DNA of 64,000 nucleotides, from the NCBI GenBank assembly GCA_021463145.1, contig JAJTWZ010000003.1, positions 35,319-99,318 on the forward strand. Direction: 5' to 3'. Made by a program: the position numbers and the translations under genes. Source of the DNA: Blastocatellia bacterium. GTDB lineage: Bacteria; Acidobacteriota; Blastocatellia; UBA7656; JADIYM01. This document shows positions 27,981-37,555 of this stretch, one piece after another (position 1 is the stretch's first letter; each line of letters starts with the position of its first letter). The notes beneath the pieces were generated by a model. That model was given only the letters and a program-made list of their open reading frames with translations. It ran no database searches and was not told where the DNA came from.

Positions 27981-30053
27981 ATGTCCGCCCTCGAGATCGT
28001 GATGCTCGTGGGGTTCGCGTCGGGCGCGGCCCTCCATCTATATATAACTTGGTTAATAGCGCGGCGCGAAGATCGATGGGGTCCCGAGCCGGCATTCGTT
28101 GCGCTCGGACTCACTCTAGGTCTGTGGCACGCCGGCAGTCTGATTGCAGCACTGCTGCGTATACTCGGCGTGCCGGACGGGAACGTCGTGCTGCGCGTCT
28201 CGGACACGCTGGTATTCACGGCGCTCGCGTTCCTCCCGGCCTCGCTGGCCCACGCCCACGTCGCCTTTCTCGGTTGGCGCGACGGTTATCACCGCTTCAC
28301 GCGCCGGCTGGTTCGCTCCTTCACGATTCTGGGCTATTCGCCGTTGGCGCTGCTTCCGTTTGCGCTCGGGCGGCTCTGGCACAGCGTGTACGCCAGTCCC
28401 GTCGACGCAATGGGACCGTGGCTCATAGCCTTTTCGATCTGGCACGTGGCGGTTCTGTTCCAGGCTTCGATCGTGGACAAGTTCCTGCGCCGGTACTTCA
28501 CTGACCCGCGTGAGCGCGACTTCTTCGACCGCCTGTCGGCCGCTCTTGTCGTGATCGCGGTCTTCTATCTGATCGTGTATCCCGGCGGGCTGCGACAGGT
28601 TCCATCCATTGGACCGTGGCTGGAAGTTCTCGTACAGCTGGCGTCAATCGTGCCGACTACGATCGTGGCGTACTACATTTTCCGTTACAACCTCTACAAG
28701 CTCGTGATTCAGCGCAGCCTCGCGTACGCATTGCTGGCTGGCATCGCGGCGGTCGTCTACGTTTTCGTGGTCCGCTCTTTCGATCAGTATCTCGTCGCGG
28801 CTTTCGGTGCCCGGCCAGGAGTGATCGAGGCCATCGGTGTCGTATGCATGGTTCTCGTGGCCTGGCCGATGCGGCGGCTGATGGACCGAAGCGTCCGACA
28901 TCTTTTCGTGACCGAAATTGGACACTATCGAACGGTCGTGGAACAGGTCTCGACGGAGTCGCACAGTTTCAATCAGCTCCGCGAGCTGCTGCCGTACGTA
29001 GAGACGGTTGTAACTAGAGCCCTGGGAGTCGATGCGGTCCGAATCAGGTTGGCCGACGGTAACGACGAGACACAGCACGGAGATCTCGACGAGCGCGCCT
29101 TTGCGGCACTGTGGCACGAGATGGTTAGGGATCGGCTGGATTTTGCGGAGGATGGCGCAAGGCTCGCCGCGCTCGGTGCAACGGCCGCGTGGGGACTATG
29201 GCGTGATGACGACATGGTCGGCGTCATGCTCATAACGGCGAGTCCAGGGACGCTCGACGACCAGCGAACGGCCGTGCTGGGCGTGCTTTCGGGGCAGATT
29301 GCGACGGCAATCGAGAACACCCGCCTTGTAGAGGAGAAAGTCAGACTCGAGCGAGCATTGATGACGAAGGAGCGGCTCGCTTCGCTCGGGCAGATGGCGG
29401 CAACAGTCGCTCACGAGATCAAGAATCCGCTCAGCGCAATCAAGTCCATAGTTCAGGTGCTCCGAGAGGAATCCAGTGGCGCGGGACAGGACGAGGACCT
29501 TCGGCTGATAGTCGGGGAAGTGGACAGACTCAATCGCACGGTGACCCAGCTCCTGAGCTTCTCTCGCCCGGCAATCGCGGAATCGACGCCAGCCATGCTC
29601 GGCGAGATCGCGAAGACGGTTGGCCGGCTTCTCGATCCAGACGCACGCGCTGGAGGCGTCAACGTGGGGATGCAGGTCCATGGGGATAGGCTGGTGAGCG
29701 GGGCGACATCGAACGCCCTGCGCGAGGTGCTGATCAATCTCGGGTTGAATGCGGTTCAATCAACTCCGGACGGTGGACACGTGGAGATCCGGATCGACGG
29801 TGGCGGCGAGACGGTTCGGCTCAGTGTCGAGGACACTGGCGCAGGAATCCCCGATGAACTCCAGTTGAAGGTACGCGAGCCGTTCTTTACGACCAGGCAG
29901 CGAGGAACCGGCCTCGGCCTTGCCATCGTCGAACGTAGGCTCACGGAGTTGGGTGGCTTCATGCGCATCGAGAGTCCGATAACGTCAGGACTTGGTACAC
30001 GTGTCAGTTTCGAGATCCAGGCAGAACTCCTGGAAGGATCACCTCGGAGCTGA
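27981..30053 (+). CDS. sensor histidine kinase (multi-TM sensor, GAF, HisKA, HATPase_c)
   Basis: N-terminal ~300 aa polytopic membrane domain, a GAF-like region, H-box (AATVAHEIKNPLSAI), N/G boxes (NLGLNAVQS; DTGAGIP; GTGLGLAIV). Confidence 0.8.
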   Translation: MSALEIVMLVGFASGAALHLYITWLIARREDRWGPEPAFVALGLTLGLWHAGSLIAALLRILGVPDGNVVLRVSDTLVFTALAFLPASLAHAHVAFLGWRDGYHRFTRRLVRSFTILGYSPLALLPFALGRLWHSVYASPVDAMGPWLIAFSIWHVAVLFQASIVDKFLRRYFTDPRERDFFDRLSAALVVIAVFYLIVYPGGLRQVPSIGPWLEVLVQLASIVPTTIVAYYIFRYNLYKLVIQRSLAYALLAGIAAVVYVFVVRSFDQYLVAAFGARPGVIEAIGVVCMVLVAWPMRRLMDRSVRHLFVTEIGHYRTVVEQVSTESHSFNQLRELLPYVETVVTRALGVDAVRIRLADGNDETQHGDLDERAFAALWHEMVRDRLDFAEDGARLAALGATAAWGLWRDDDMVGVMLITASPGTLDDQRTAVLGVLSGQIATAIENTRLVEEKVRLERALMTKERLASLGQMAATVAHEIKNPLSAIKSIVQVLREESSGAGQDEDLRLIVGEVDRLNRTVTQLLSFSRPAIAESTPAMLGEIAKTVGRLLDPDARAGGVNVGMQVHGDRLVSGATSNALREVLINLGLNAVQSTPDGGHVEIRIDGGGETVRLSVEDTGAGIPDELQLKVREPFFTTRQRGTGLGLAIVERRLTELGGFMRIESPITSGLGTRVSFEIQAELLEGSPRS

Positions 30054-30112
30054 ACCCGGCTGGCGGCCATGGAACGATGAAAACAGCCGCTGTTCCCATA
30101 TTTGGCCGTTCG

Positions 30113-30141
30113 GTTGACACCCTCTGTGCGGGTCCGTACAT
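30113..30141 (+). promoter_or_regulatory. putative sigma-70 promoter of serA
   Basis: TTGACA (30113-30118), a 17-nt spacer, then TACATT (30136-30141). A GGGGAGGA RBS follows before the ATG at 30176. Confidence 0.4.
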
Positions 30142-30175
30142 TGCCCGCTTCAATTGACGGGGAGGACTCTTCGCC

Positions 30176-31756
30176 ATGCGCGTGCTCGTGACCGACAACC
30201 TGGATCCAATCGGTGCGGAGGTGCTGTCTCGCGACGGCACCATCGTGGTTGACGTCGATCACGGCATTTCGCCGGAGGGTCTACTGTCGTGCATTGGAGA
30301 CTATGACGGGCTTGTCGTGCGTTCGCGGTCGAAGGTGACAGCTGCCGTAATCGAAGCTGGAACGAAGCTCAAGGTGATTGGCCGAGCGGGAACTGGCGTC
30401 GACAACATCGACGTTGCGGCCGCTACTCGTCGCGGCATCGTGGTAATGAACGCCGCTGCCGGAAACACCGTCACGACAGCCGAGCACGCAATCGCATTGA
30501 TGATGGCGCTGGCCAGGAATATTCCGATCGCGTCGGCGACGACGAAAGCCGGAGTCTGGGAAAAGAAGAAGTTCACCGGCGTAGAAGTCTTCAACAAGGT
30601 GCTTGGCATAGTTGGAATGGGCAAGATCGGCTCCGTGGTGGCAAATCGCGCAATTGGCCTGGGTATGCACGTCGTGGCCTACGATCCGTATCTCACTGCC
30701 GAACAGGCGGCAAAGACCGGCGTGGAACGGGCTTCACTCGACGAGCTGTTCGCAAAGGCCGACTTTGTCACCGTCCACACTCCAATGACGGCGGAAACGC
30801 GAGGGATCATCGGCAGAGAAGCCTTTTCCCGGATGAAACGAGGCGTTCGAATCGTCAACTGCGCGCGTGGAGGGCTCGTCGACGAGACCGCGCTTTACGA
30901 AGCGCTGATGAGTGGCAAGGTCGCCGGGGCGGCCTTGGACGTGTTCGAGAAAGAGCCAGTGGCGCCCGATCATCCGCTTCTACAGCTTGATTCCGTCATC
31001 GCCACTCCGCACCTCGGGGCGTCGACCGGAGAAGCTCAGGCGGGCGTGGCCGTGCTGATCGCCGACCAGATGGCGGATTACTTGTCGAGGGGAACAATCC
31101 GTGGCGCGGTCAACTTTCCGGCGCTCGGGGCGGAGCAGCTCGAGCAGCTCCGCCCGTACCTGTCGCTCGGCGAAAAGCTAGGAAGCTTCGTCGGGCAGGC
31201 CTTCGGCCACGATCTTACGGAGATCGAAATCGAGTTCAGCGGTGTCGTCGCCGACTACGACGTGCGGCCGATCGCGGATGCCGTGCTAAAGGGGCTGCTG
31301 TCGCCGGTCATCGAGAGGATCAACTTCGTGAACGCGTCTGTCATAGCGACGGAGCGTGGAATTCGCGTCCGTCAGACGACCGACCGGCACGCCAGGGACT
31401 ATACGAGCACGGTATCGATTCGCACGAAGATCGAAGGCGTAGAGCACGAAGCGGTTGGAGCAGTGTTTGGAAGCAGGGATGTGAGGATCGTCCGCGTGGA
31501 CGGTTTCACCCTCGACGCGATTCCCGAAGGTCACCTGGTCCTCACGCGAAGCCGCGATGTTCCTGGGGTGATTGGCCTGATAGCGACAGGACTGGGAGAT
31601 GCGGGCATCAACATTGGCCGGTTCTATCTTGGCCGCCAGGCCGCGGGTGAAGAGGCGATGGCGCTGATTCAGGTCGACGGTCCGGTGGAAGCCGGGCAGA
31701 TTGACGCGATATCGCAACTGCCAAACGTGTTGTCGGCGCGCCGCATCCGTCTTTGA
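30176..31756 (+). CDS. serA: D-3-phosphoglycerate dehydrogenase
   Basis: 526 aa 2-hydroxyacid dehydrogenase with NAD-binding GxGxxG (GIVGMGKIGS) and a C-terminal ASB/ACT regulatory domain. Confidence 0.9.
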   Translation: MRVLVTDNLDPIGAEVLSRDGTIVVDVDHGISPEGLLSCIGDYDGLVVRSRSKVTAAVIEAGTKLKVIGRAGTGVDNIDVAAATRRGIVVMNAAAGNTVTTAEHAIALMMALARNIPIASATTKAGVWEKKKFTGVEVFNKVLGIVGMGKIGSVVANRAIGLGMHVVAYDPYLTAEQAAKTGVERASLDELFAKADFVTVHTPMTAETRGIIGREAFSRMKRGVRIVNCARGGLVDETALYEALMSGKVAGAALDVFEKEPVAPDHPLLQLDSVIATPHLGASTGEAQAGVAVLIADQMADYLSRGTIRGAVNFPALGAEQLEQLRPYLSLGEKLGSFVGQAFGHDLTEIEIEFSGVVADYDVRPIADAVLKGLLSPVIERINFVNASVIATERGIRVRQTTDRHARDYTSTVSIRTKIEGVEHEAVGAVFGSRDVRIVRVDGFTLDAIPEGHLVLTRSRDVPGVIGLIATGLGDAGINIGRFYLGRQAAGEEAMALIQVDGPVEAGQIDAISQLPNVLSARRIRL

Positions 31757-32081
31757 CATCGATTGACTTGCGCCAGGAGTGTGCTGAGCCGTCGTGGCTG
31801 GTTCAACCTCCCGCTTCCCTTGGTCCAGGCTTCGAGAGTTTGCAATTTGTGGGACGTAAGTACTGACACTTTTTGTCAGAATGACCGATCACGGCCAAGT
31901 GACGGGTGTCATGGATCTCCGGATTTCAGATCAAATCACTTACATTTGGCTGGGATTTTGCCAGTAGTCATTTCAGCTGGTGATTTTGAGACGAAATGCC
32001 CCGACTCAGGCGCGAAAATTGCCTAGTGTCCGATCCAGAAGGGTTTCACAGCGGCTCGAATCCAAACCTGAGGGATCTTAC

Positions 32082-32801
32082 ATGAGTCTCGGATCGGGCG
32101 ATTTTCGAAAGCGCGGCCGACTGGAGTTGCATATTCCGGTCCGGGTTCGAGTAAAGGAGACGGATGGGCGGGAGTGGGGGGAACTCTCGCACATTCTGGA
32201 CGTGACTCAGATTGGCGCCTCATTCACTCTCGATGGGCACATCGAACAGGGTCGAATCCTTCACCTTAGCCTCCCGCTGCCATGGCGTCTCCGCCAATTC
32301 GATCATTCGGAAGAACTGTATCGAATCTACGCACTCGTCCGATGGGTGCGCCCCCGCGACGAGGGAGGTTACGCGGTTGGAGTCGCTTTCGTCGGCAAGA
32401 ATCCTCCGGCGAGCTGGATCCATGATCCGTCGCGGATTTATGGGACGTCGAAGGTCGATGACGACAACATTCCTCAGCCGCCCTCGCGAGAAGGTGTGGA
32501 TGACAGGCGCGAAGGCCGGATTCAGGCGGCGTTGATGGTCCAGCTCGATCTGCTGGATGACAGGGGGCACTCGGTAGGGTCGGAAGTGACAGTCACCGAG
32601 AACATCAGCCGGCATGGCGCGGCCTGCTATACGTCGATGAAGCCCAATCCTGGCAGTCTGGTTCGTGTGACGTCTCAGCAGACCGCCTTCGCAACGAATG
32701 CTGTGGTGTTGCGATGCCGCACCGGTGAAGACAATATTGCCCGGGTTCACCTGGAGTTTCAGGACGGCGAGTGGCCGCTGGATATTGACGACGCCGAATA
32801 G
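32082..32801 (+). CDS. tandem PilZ-domain protein (putative c-di-GMP receptor)
   Basis: GAGGGA RBS lies 7 nt before the ATG. There are two RxxxR…(D/N)x(S/T)xxG PilZ signatures (RKRGR…DVTQIGA; DRREGR…NISRHGA). The ORF is open from 31980. Confidence 0.6.
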   Translation: MSLGSGDFRKRGRLELHIPVRVRVKETDGREWGELSHILDVTQIGASFTLDGHIEQGRILHLSLPLPWRLRQFDHSEELYRIYALVRWVRPRDEGGYAVGVAFVGKNPPASWIHDPSRIYGTSKVDDDNIPQPPSREGVDDRREGRIQAALMVQLDLLDDRGHSVGSEVTVTENISRHGAACYTSMKPNPGSLVRVTSQQTAFATNAVVLRCRTGEDNIARVHLEFQDGEWPLDIDDAE

Positions 32802-32853
32802 GGCGTCCCGATTGCCTACGATCCCGCACTGACGCAGCGGTTCGCCCCTGAGC

Positions 32854-32896
32854 GTCGGCGCCTCGGCTTTCTTCCTCCTGAGAGCCGAGGCGTCGG
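32854..32896 (+). terminator. putative intrinsic terminator after the PilZ gene
   Basis: Inverted repeat CGCCTCGGCT-N14-AGCCGAGGCG followed by a T-rich stretch. Confidence 0.3.
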
Positions 32897-33231
32897 TCTG
32901 TTGATCGAGCCCCAGGCCAGGACCGAATCGGGCGTAGAAGGTGTGCTGGCGAGATCGGCGGGAACTGATTTCGGCAGGGACCGGTTGACAAGAACCGGAT
33001 CTGTTTTCAGTTGCGCCTCGCGCGGGGCACCGGTCGAACCGCCCTCGGTTCCTGGATGCCCGCCTGGGTGAATCGATCTCCCGAACCGGGACGCCGATTC
33101 TGTGCGAGTCCGCGACCCCGCGGCCTCGAGTCGACGTCGCCCTCCGCATATGACGGTGCCTGGATTACCTATTTCTCTAGCTAACTAGCGATTATTGAAA
33201 ATAGCCGGCTTGCTGTGGTATCCAAATCGCC

Positions 33232-34194
33232 GTGAATCGATCGAAGCAAGGTGGTGAACCCAGTGGCATAGTCCTCAGGCGGGCCGCCGGTCTTCCGGTT
33301 TACCTTCAGTTGGTTGACCAGTTCAGATACTTGATTGCCGCCGGTCGCTTCCGCGTAGGTGAATACTTGCCCCCGATGCGACAGATTGCGGACGAAATCG
33401 GGCTCAACTTGAACACGGTCCTTCGTGCGTACTCCGAGCTTCAGCGCGACGGACTCATTCGGAGTACGCGCGGGAAGGGCGCCGTGGTTATTCGCAGTGC
33501 CCCAGTCGTCTCGCCGCCCGCGAATCCTGGCGCGGAGGGCTGCAGCGATTCCATCGACGAAATCATTGCGACCGCAGTCGAACGGGCATTGTCGGCTGGA
33601 TTGAACCCGTCCGATGTTCTTGCTCGAACGCAAGCGGCCATCGATTCAGCCGGGACTCGGGCGCCGACGGGGCCGGCGGTCGTGGTACTGGCCGCGCCAG
33701 TCTGGCGCGCGCGTGTTTTCGCCGACGCGCTTCGCGCTATCGGCCTCGGGCGCGTGCGCGCCGCTTCCCCTCAGGGTGCAATTGCCGCGAACGAGATAGT
33801 CGTTCTGCCGGTGTTCGGAGTTACTGCCCCTGAAAGCGATGCGGTCGGCGCGCCGACATTGACTGTCAGCGTGCAACTCGACCGGGCCTCGATCAGGGAG
33901 TTGCTCGAGCTCGACCCCCGCGCGGTCGTAGCTGTAGTGGCAGGCGATGAGGTCGCGGCTAAATGGCTCTCGGATGCCGTAGCGGGCTATGCCGGCAGTG
34001 CAAGGATCAATCGCTTAGTTGCGGAGACGCAGGCAGAGGCTGAGGTGGGGGAGGCGTCAGTTGTGGTGGTGGAGGCCGGAATGCCGAACGGGGGTCGTCT
34101 GATATCGGCTGCGCGGCTAATCATGGCCGGTGTCTCGATTCCGATCTCGTTCGCGGAGTCACTCGGAGAGTTGGCAGAGACGCTCAAGCAGTAG
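33232..34194 (+). CDS. GntR-family transcriptional regulator
   Basis: N-terminal winged-HTH typical of GntR (LPPMRQIADEIGLNLNTVLRAYSELQRDGLI). GTG start. The C-terminal domain is unclassified. Confidence 0.7.
   Translation: MNRSKQGGEPSGIVLRRAAGLPVYLQLVDQFRYLIAAGRFRVGEYLPPMRQIADEIGLNLNTVLRAYSELQRDGLIRSTRGKGAVVIRSAPVVSPPANPGAEGCSDSIDEIIATAVERALSAGLNPSDVLARTQAAIDSAGTRAPTGPAVVVLAAPVWRARVFADALRAIGLGRVRAASPQGAIAANEIVVLPVFGVTAPESDAVGAPTLTVSVQLDRASIRELLELDPRAVVAVVAGDEVAAKWLSDAVAGYAGSARINRLVAETQAEAEVGEASVVVVEAGMPNGGRLISAARLIMAGVSIPISFAESLGELAETLKQ
33843..33858. repeat. 16-bp GC-rich palindrome, 15/16 copy (GGTCGGCGCGCCGACA), inside GntR gene
   Basis: Read directly from the sequence. Frame GTC GGC GCG CCG ACA (VGAPT). 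Confidence 0.9.
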
Positions 34195-34334
34195 CCGCGC
34201 TAGTGTGCCTCGCTTGGGGCGCTGAGGATTAGTGGCCGGTCCAGGCCTGCGCGAGGCGCGAACTCTGCTGACCTTGCCGGCGCGTAAGTGCGGGCGTGTT
34301 GAATGAAGCCGTCCTGGCGCCCGACCTTTTTTCG

Positions 34335-34378
34335 TTGACGGCTGACCTGCGGTCGGTTATTTTCCGACCAGCGGTCAG
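34335..34378 (+). promoter_or_regulatory. putative promoter overlapping a nested palindromic operator upstream of the TetR gene
   Basis: TTGACG, a 16-nt spacer, then TTATTT. This overlaps CTGACC-tgc-GGTCGG-ttatttt-CCGACC-agc-GGTCAG (34342-34378), a nested inverted repeat. Confidence 0.35.
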
Positions 34379-34393
34379 TAAGCGAGGTAAGCG

Positions 34394-35068
34394 GTGGCAG
34401 TTTCGATCCGACAGAGAGCCCGCAACACCGAGCACAAGTTGGAGCGACGTGAAGCGTTGCTCGCGGCTGCTCGCGAGATCTGGGATCTGGGCTCCTACGA
34501 GTCCACGACGATGGCCGGAATTGGTCAACGTGCCGGCGTGTCAAAGGCTACGGTATACCTGTATTTCGACACCAAGGAGCAACTTCTGCTCGAGATACTT
34601 CGAGAGAAGCTCGAAGACTGGTTCACGGCGCTCGATGGCGCGCTGGATTCGTCGTTCGGGTCCTGGAGCAGTGATCGCGCGGCGCGAGAGATAGCGCTCT
34701 CGTTCGAGGGGCGAAGGTCGCTCGTCCGACTCCTTTCGTCGCTTGAATCCGTTATCGAGCACAACGTCGATGTCGACACGCTTCGTGTCTTCAAGCGATG
34801 GTTTGCCGGCCGGACGTCGGCAACGGGGCAGCGGCTCGAACGTCGGCTGACGTTTCTGCGTCAGGGAGAGGGCGTCCACCTGATTCTTCAGATTCGCGCG
34901 TTTTTGCTTGGCCTTGCGATGCTCTCGGCGCCGTCACCGGCGACCGAGCGGGTGATCGCCGACGACCGGAGTCTTGCGCTTTTCGCGCTCGACTTCGATC
35001 GCGAGTTCACGGACGGACTCCGAACGCTGTTTCGTGGCTACGAGGCGGGCGGATCCGCTTCTGGTTGA
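34394..35068 (+). CDS. TetR-family transcriptional regulator
   Basis: N-terminal TetR HTH (ESTTMAGIGQRAGVSKATVYLYFDTKEQLL). GTG start, close to the RBS and possibly leaderless. Confidence 0.75.
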   Translation: MAVSIRQRARNTEHKLERREALLAAAREIWDLGSYESTTMAGIGQRAGVSKATVYLYFDTKEQLLLEILREKLEDWFTALDGALDSSFGSWSSDRAAREIALSFEGRRSLVRLLSSLESVIEHNVDVDTLRVFKRWFAGRTSATGQRLERRLTFLRQGEGVHLILQIRAFLLGLAMLSAPSPATERVIADDRSLALFALDFDREFTDGLRTLFRGYEAGGSASG

Positions 35069-36924
35069 CCTCCGGGCGTGGCCCATTAGTTGAGCAGTCG
35101 CACGCCCTTTGCCGATTTAAGAACTGGCGACTTGCGGCGCCTTAATTTACGTGGAACCTGAGATCTGCGTCGCTTGCTGCGCCTCTCTGAGAAGTTACTT
35201 CCAGTGAGCGAAGGCATCTAGCTCTCTTCTATTGATTTTCCCGGCGTCGCTGGCGATGGAGAGAAGGGAAAGGGCGCTCAAACCGGTGTATGCCAGGAAG
35301 GTTCCTACCTGAGATCAAGACTGGAGGACGCGTGACCCCGGTCGGGGTTGAGCCGCACGACCGGATCCGCTCTCGGTGAATGCCCGCATTTCGATTCCGG
35401 TGGCCATTGCGCCTCATCCTGGATGCTTCTCGAGGTGCAATGCAGATCAGCCGCCAGCTACAGCTGGATCAGGCACCTGGATCGAAACTGTTCAGTTGCT
35501 GGTGCGCAACCTGCCTTCATCGGACGCGACTCGGCTGGCAAAGGCCATTGCGTGTCCAGCCGTTTCGTGCGCAACATCGAGTGATACTTGATTTCCTGAC
35601 CAACAACTAATCGCAAACAAAAGCGAACTGGCAGTTAATGCGTGATCGTGAGGCCGGCCTTCATCGACCGAGAGCCACCTGATGACGCGATACAGGGGGT
35701 TCGGCCGGGCAGGGACGGCCCATTTTCGTGCATTACCGCAATAGTCACTATGGCCTGCATTTTGGAAAGCCCGCGGATTGGCGACCCGCCGTCTCGGGCG
35801 ATGTTGGGAGGCAAATGCCGGCGTCGGTGCGTGCGACCAGGGCGGAACGTCTCGGTCAGTTCGGCGACTTTCAGGATCTCTGACGTTCGGCGAGATTCTA
35901 GCGATGCACTCGCACGAGTGCGTGAGCTCAAGAGCCTGGCCGGAAGTCAACTCCGGCGATCGGAAAGGCCTGTTCTCGCGAAAAACCGGAAACGCCTGCG
36001 TTGCGAAGTCGATTACGGTACGAGGCGCGAAGACTGGCGCGAGGAGCCTGCCGGGCCACCAGCGGCCAGTCCTTGTAGCCGTTTCCCCGAATGCAGCCGT
36101 GGTGACTGGGAATGACGGCACCCGCAAAGGATCGAGCGGAGAGATCGATCGCTGGTTGCTATTCAGGTGCAGGCAGCAGACAGGCTGCTCTTGTGCTGAG
36201 CGGAGTGCGCCTCAGTGCCGTGCACTGAAGGAACAAGGTGATACTCGAGTTTGGGATGTGAGATTCTGAGGGGCTCGATGTTGAACTTCTCCAGAGAGAC
36301 AAGGGCGGACTGAGATGCAGACTGGACCGCCTTGCGGTCGGAATCTGCTGGAAGTGGGTCGCAGTTAACCGAATTGTCTCGCTCGGACCACCCGGCTCCG
36401 CTTCGACAGGTGGCTCGAGCAGGAGAGCAAGAGACTCGAATTCGAGATCTGCGGGCAAAACGGTTAAGTGACCGATCGAGAACCGGACCAACTCTGATGG
36501 CTCAGCAGGCGAGGTTTACGCCCCGATTTACCGCGTGCCGTCGCTTTGTCTGGACGCGGGCGCAGATTCGAGCGCCGCAGCGCTCAGCAAGTTGGGATGA
36601 CTCGCGGCCACGCGTGCACAGCGACCGCGATTCCGATGCCTCTAATCGGCGCGAGGCCCGAACTGGGAGATCCCTCAAACGCGCCCGGAGCTTCCAGTTG
36701 CGGACTTTGCCGCCACGGGAATCTCCCAGCCCGAGTGCGCCTCGATCCCAACGGGGACCGACGGAAATGAAACTATCGCCCCGGCGCGCGACTCAACGCA
36801 GCGCACGACTCGGGAATCACGAATGAGCTCGAGCAGTGAAGTTCAACGAGAGATAGGTGTGCACACGGCCTACAGGTTGGCCGCATATCGGATGACCAAG
36901 CGCCCCCCTTCGCTTCAGAATCAA

Positions 36925-36940
36925 TGTCGGCGCGCCGACA
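36925..36940. repeat. 16-bp perfect palindrome TGTCGGCGCGCCGACA, non-coding copy in gene-free block
   Basis: Read directly. The flank caaTGTCGGCGCGCCGACAgcgccgtgg resembles the flank of the copy at 40980. Confidence 0.95.
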
Positions 36941-37555
36941 GCGCCGTGGCTGAGTCCCGGCGAACGCCACTGGGATTGTCAGCTTGCGTCAATCGTTTCT
37001 ACTCGGGTGCTTCGACATGTGGCAGTCGGGAGTGTGGCGGGAGAGGGAACTCGGACCGGAACGACAGGGGGTTGATCGCCGTGTGCCTGAGTAAGGAGTC
37101 GTATTTCAATCCGGCACGTGCACGGCAATGATCGTGTGTGGCAATGTGTCCTGACACTAGGCCGATGCTCTCTCTCAATGTCCCCAAAGTGCACCCCGAC
37201 CCCGCTGAGAGGGGGTGCTCAACTGCACCGAAGACCATCAGCAATCCGTCGCAGTTGACTCGCCGTCAACCTGGGACGGGCTCGTCAGGTTCAGATTGCG
37301 GATTGGGATCCAAAAACGGCAATGATGGCCGACATGTTGAGGCGCTTCGGTTCGCGTGGCACTAGAGGATCAGAGGCGAGCTGAAATGCTATGACGCCGC
37401 TTGAGTGTGCGTATAGTAAACTGCTGCCGTGGAACGCGAAAACGTATAGAGCTCTGGCGGAACTTTAAGTCGGATCAAGCCGGTTCCGCGTATCGGAAAT
37501 CGAACTCTGGTCTCCCTAAGAGGCGGTCGAGCGCTTAAACTCCCCGGCAATTCAG

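Noticed and set aside
27976-27981. Near back-to-back divergent starts of the BamB-like gene and the sensor kinase (4-bp spacer)
   Set aside because: This probably reflects uncertain start-codon choice. The kinase may begin at a downstream Met, for example 28002, or the lipoprotein may start further in. The arrangement is not itself anomalous.
32220-33149. 309-aa minus-strand ORF
   Set aside because: It overlaps the PilZ gene and its terminator region in antisense. The product is Arg-rich low complexity. The plus-strand PilZ gene has an RBS and domain signatures.
35492-36826. Several 150-210-codon ORFs on both strands inside the gene-free block
   Set aside because: They overlap one another and are R/P/S-rich. 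No RBS or domain-like segments were seen. The region is treated as non-coding.
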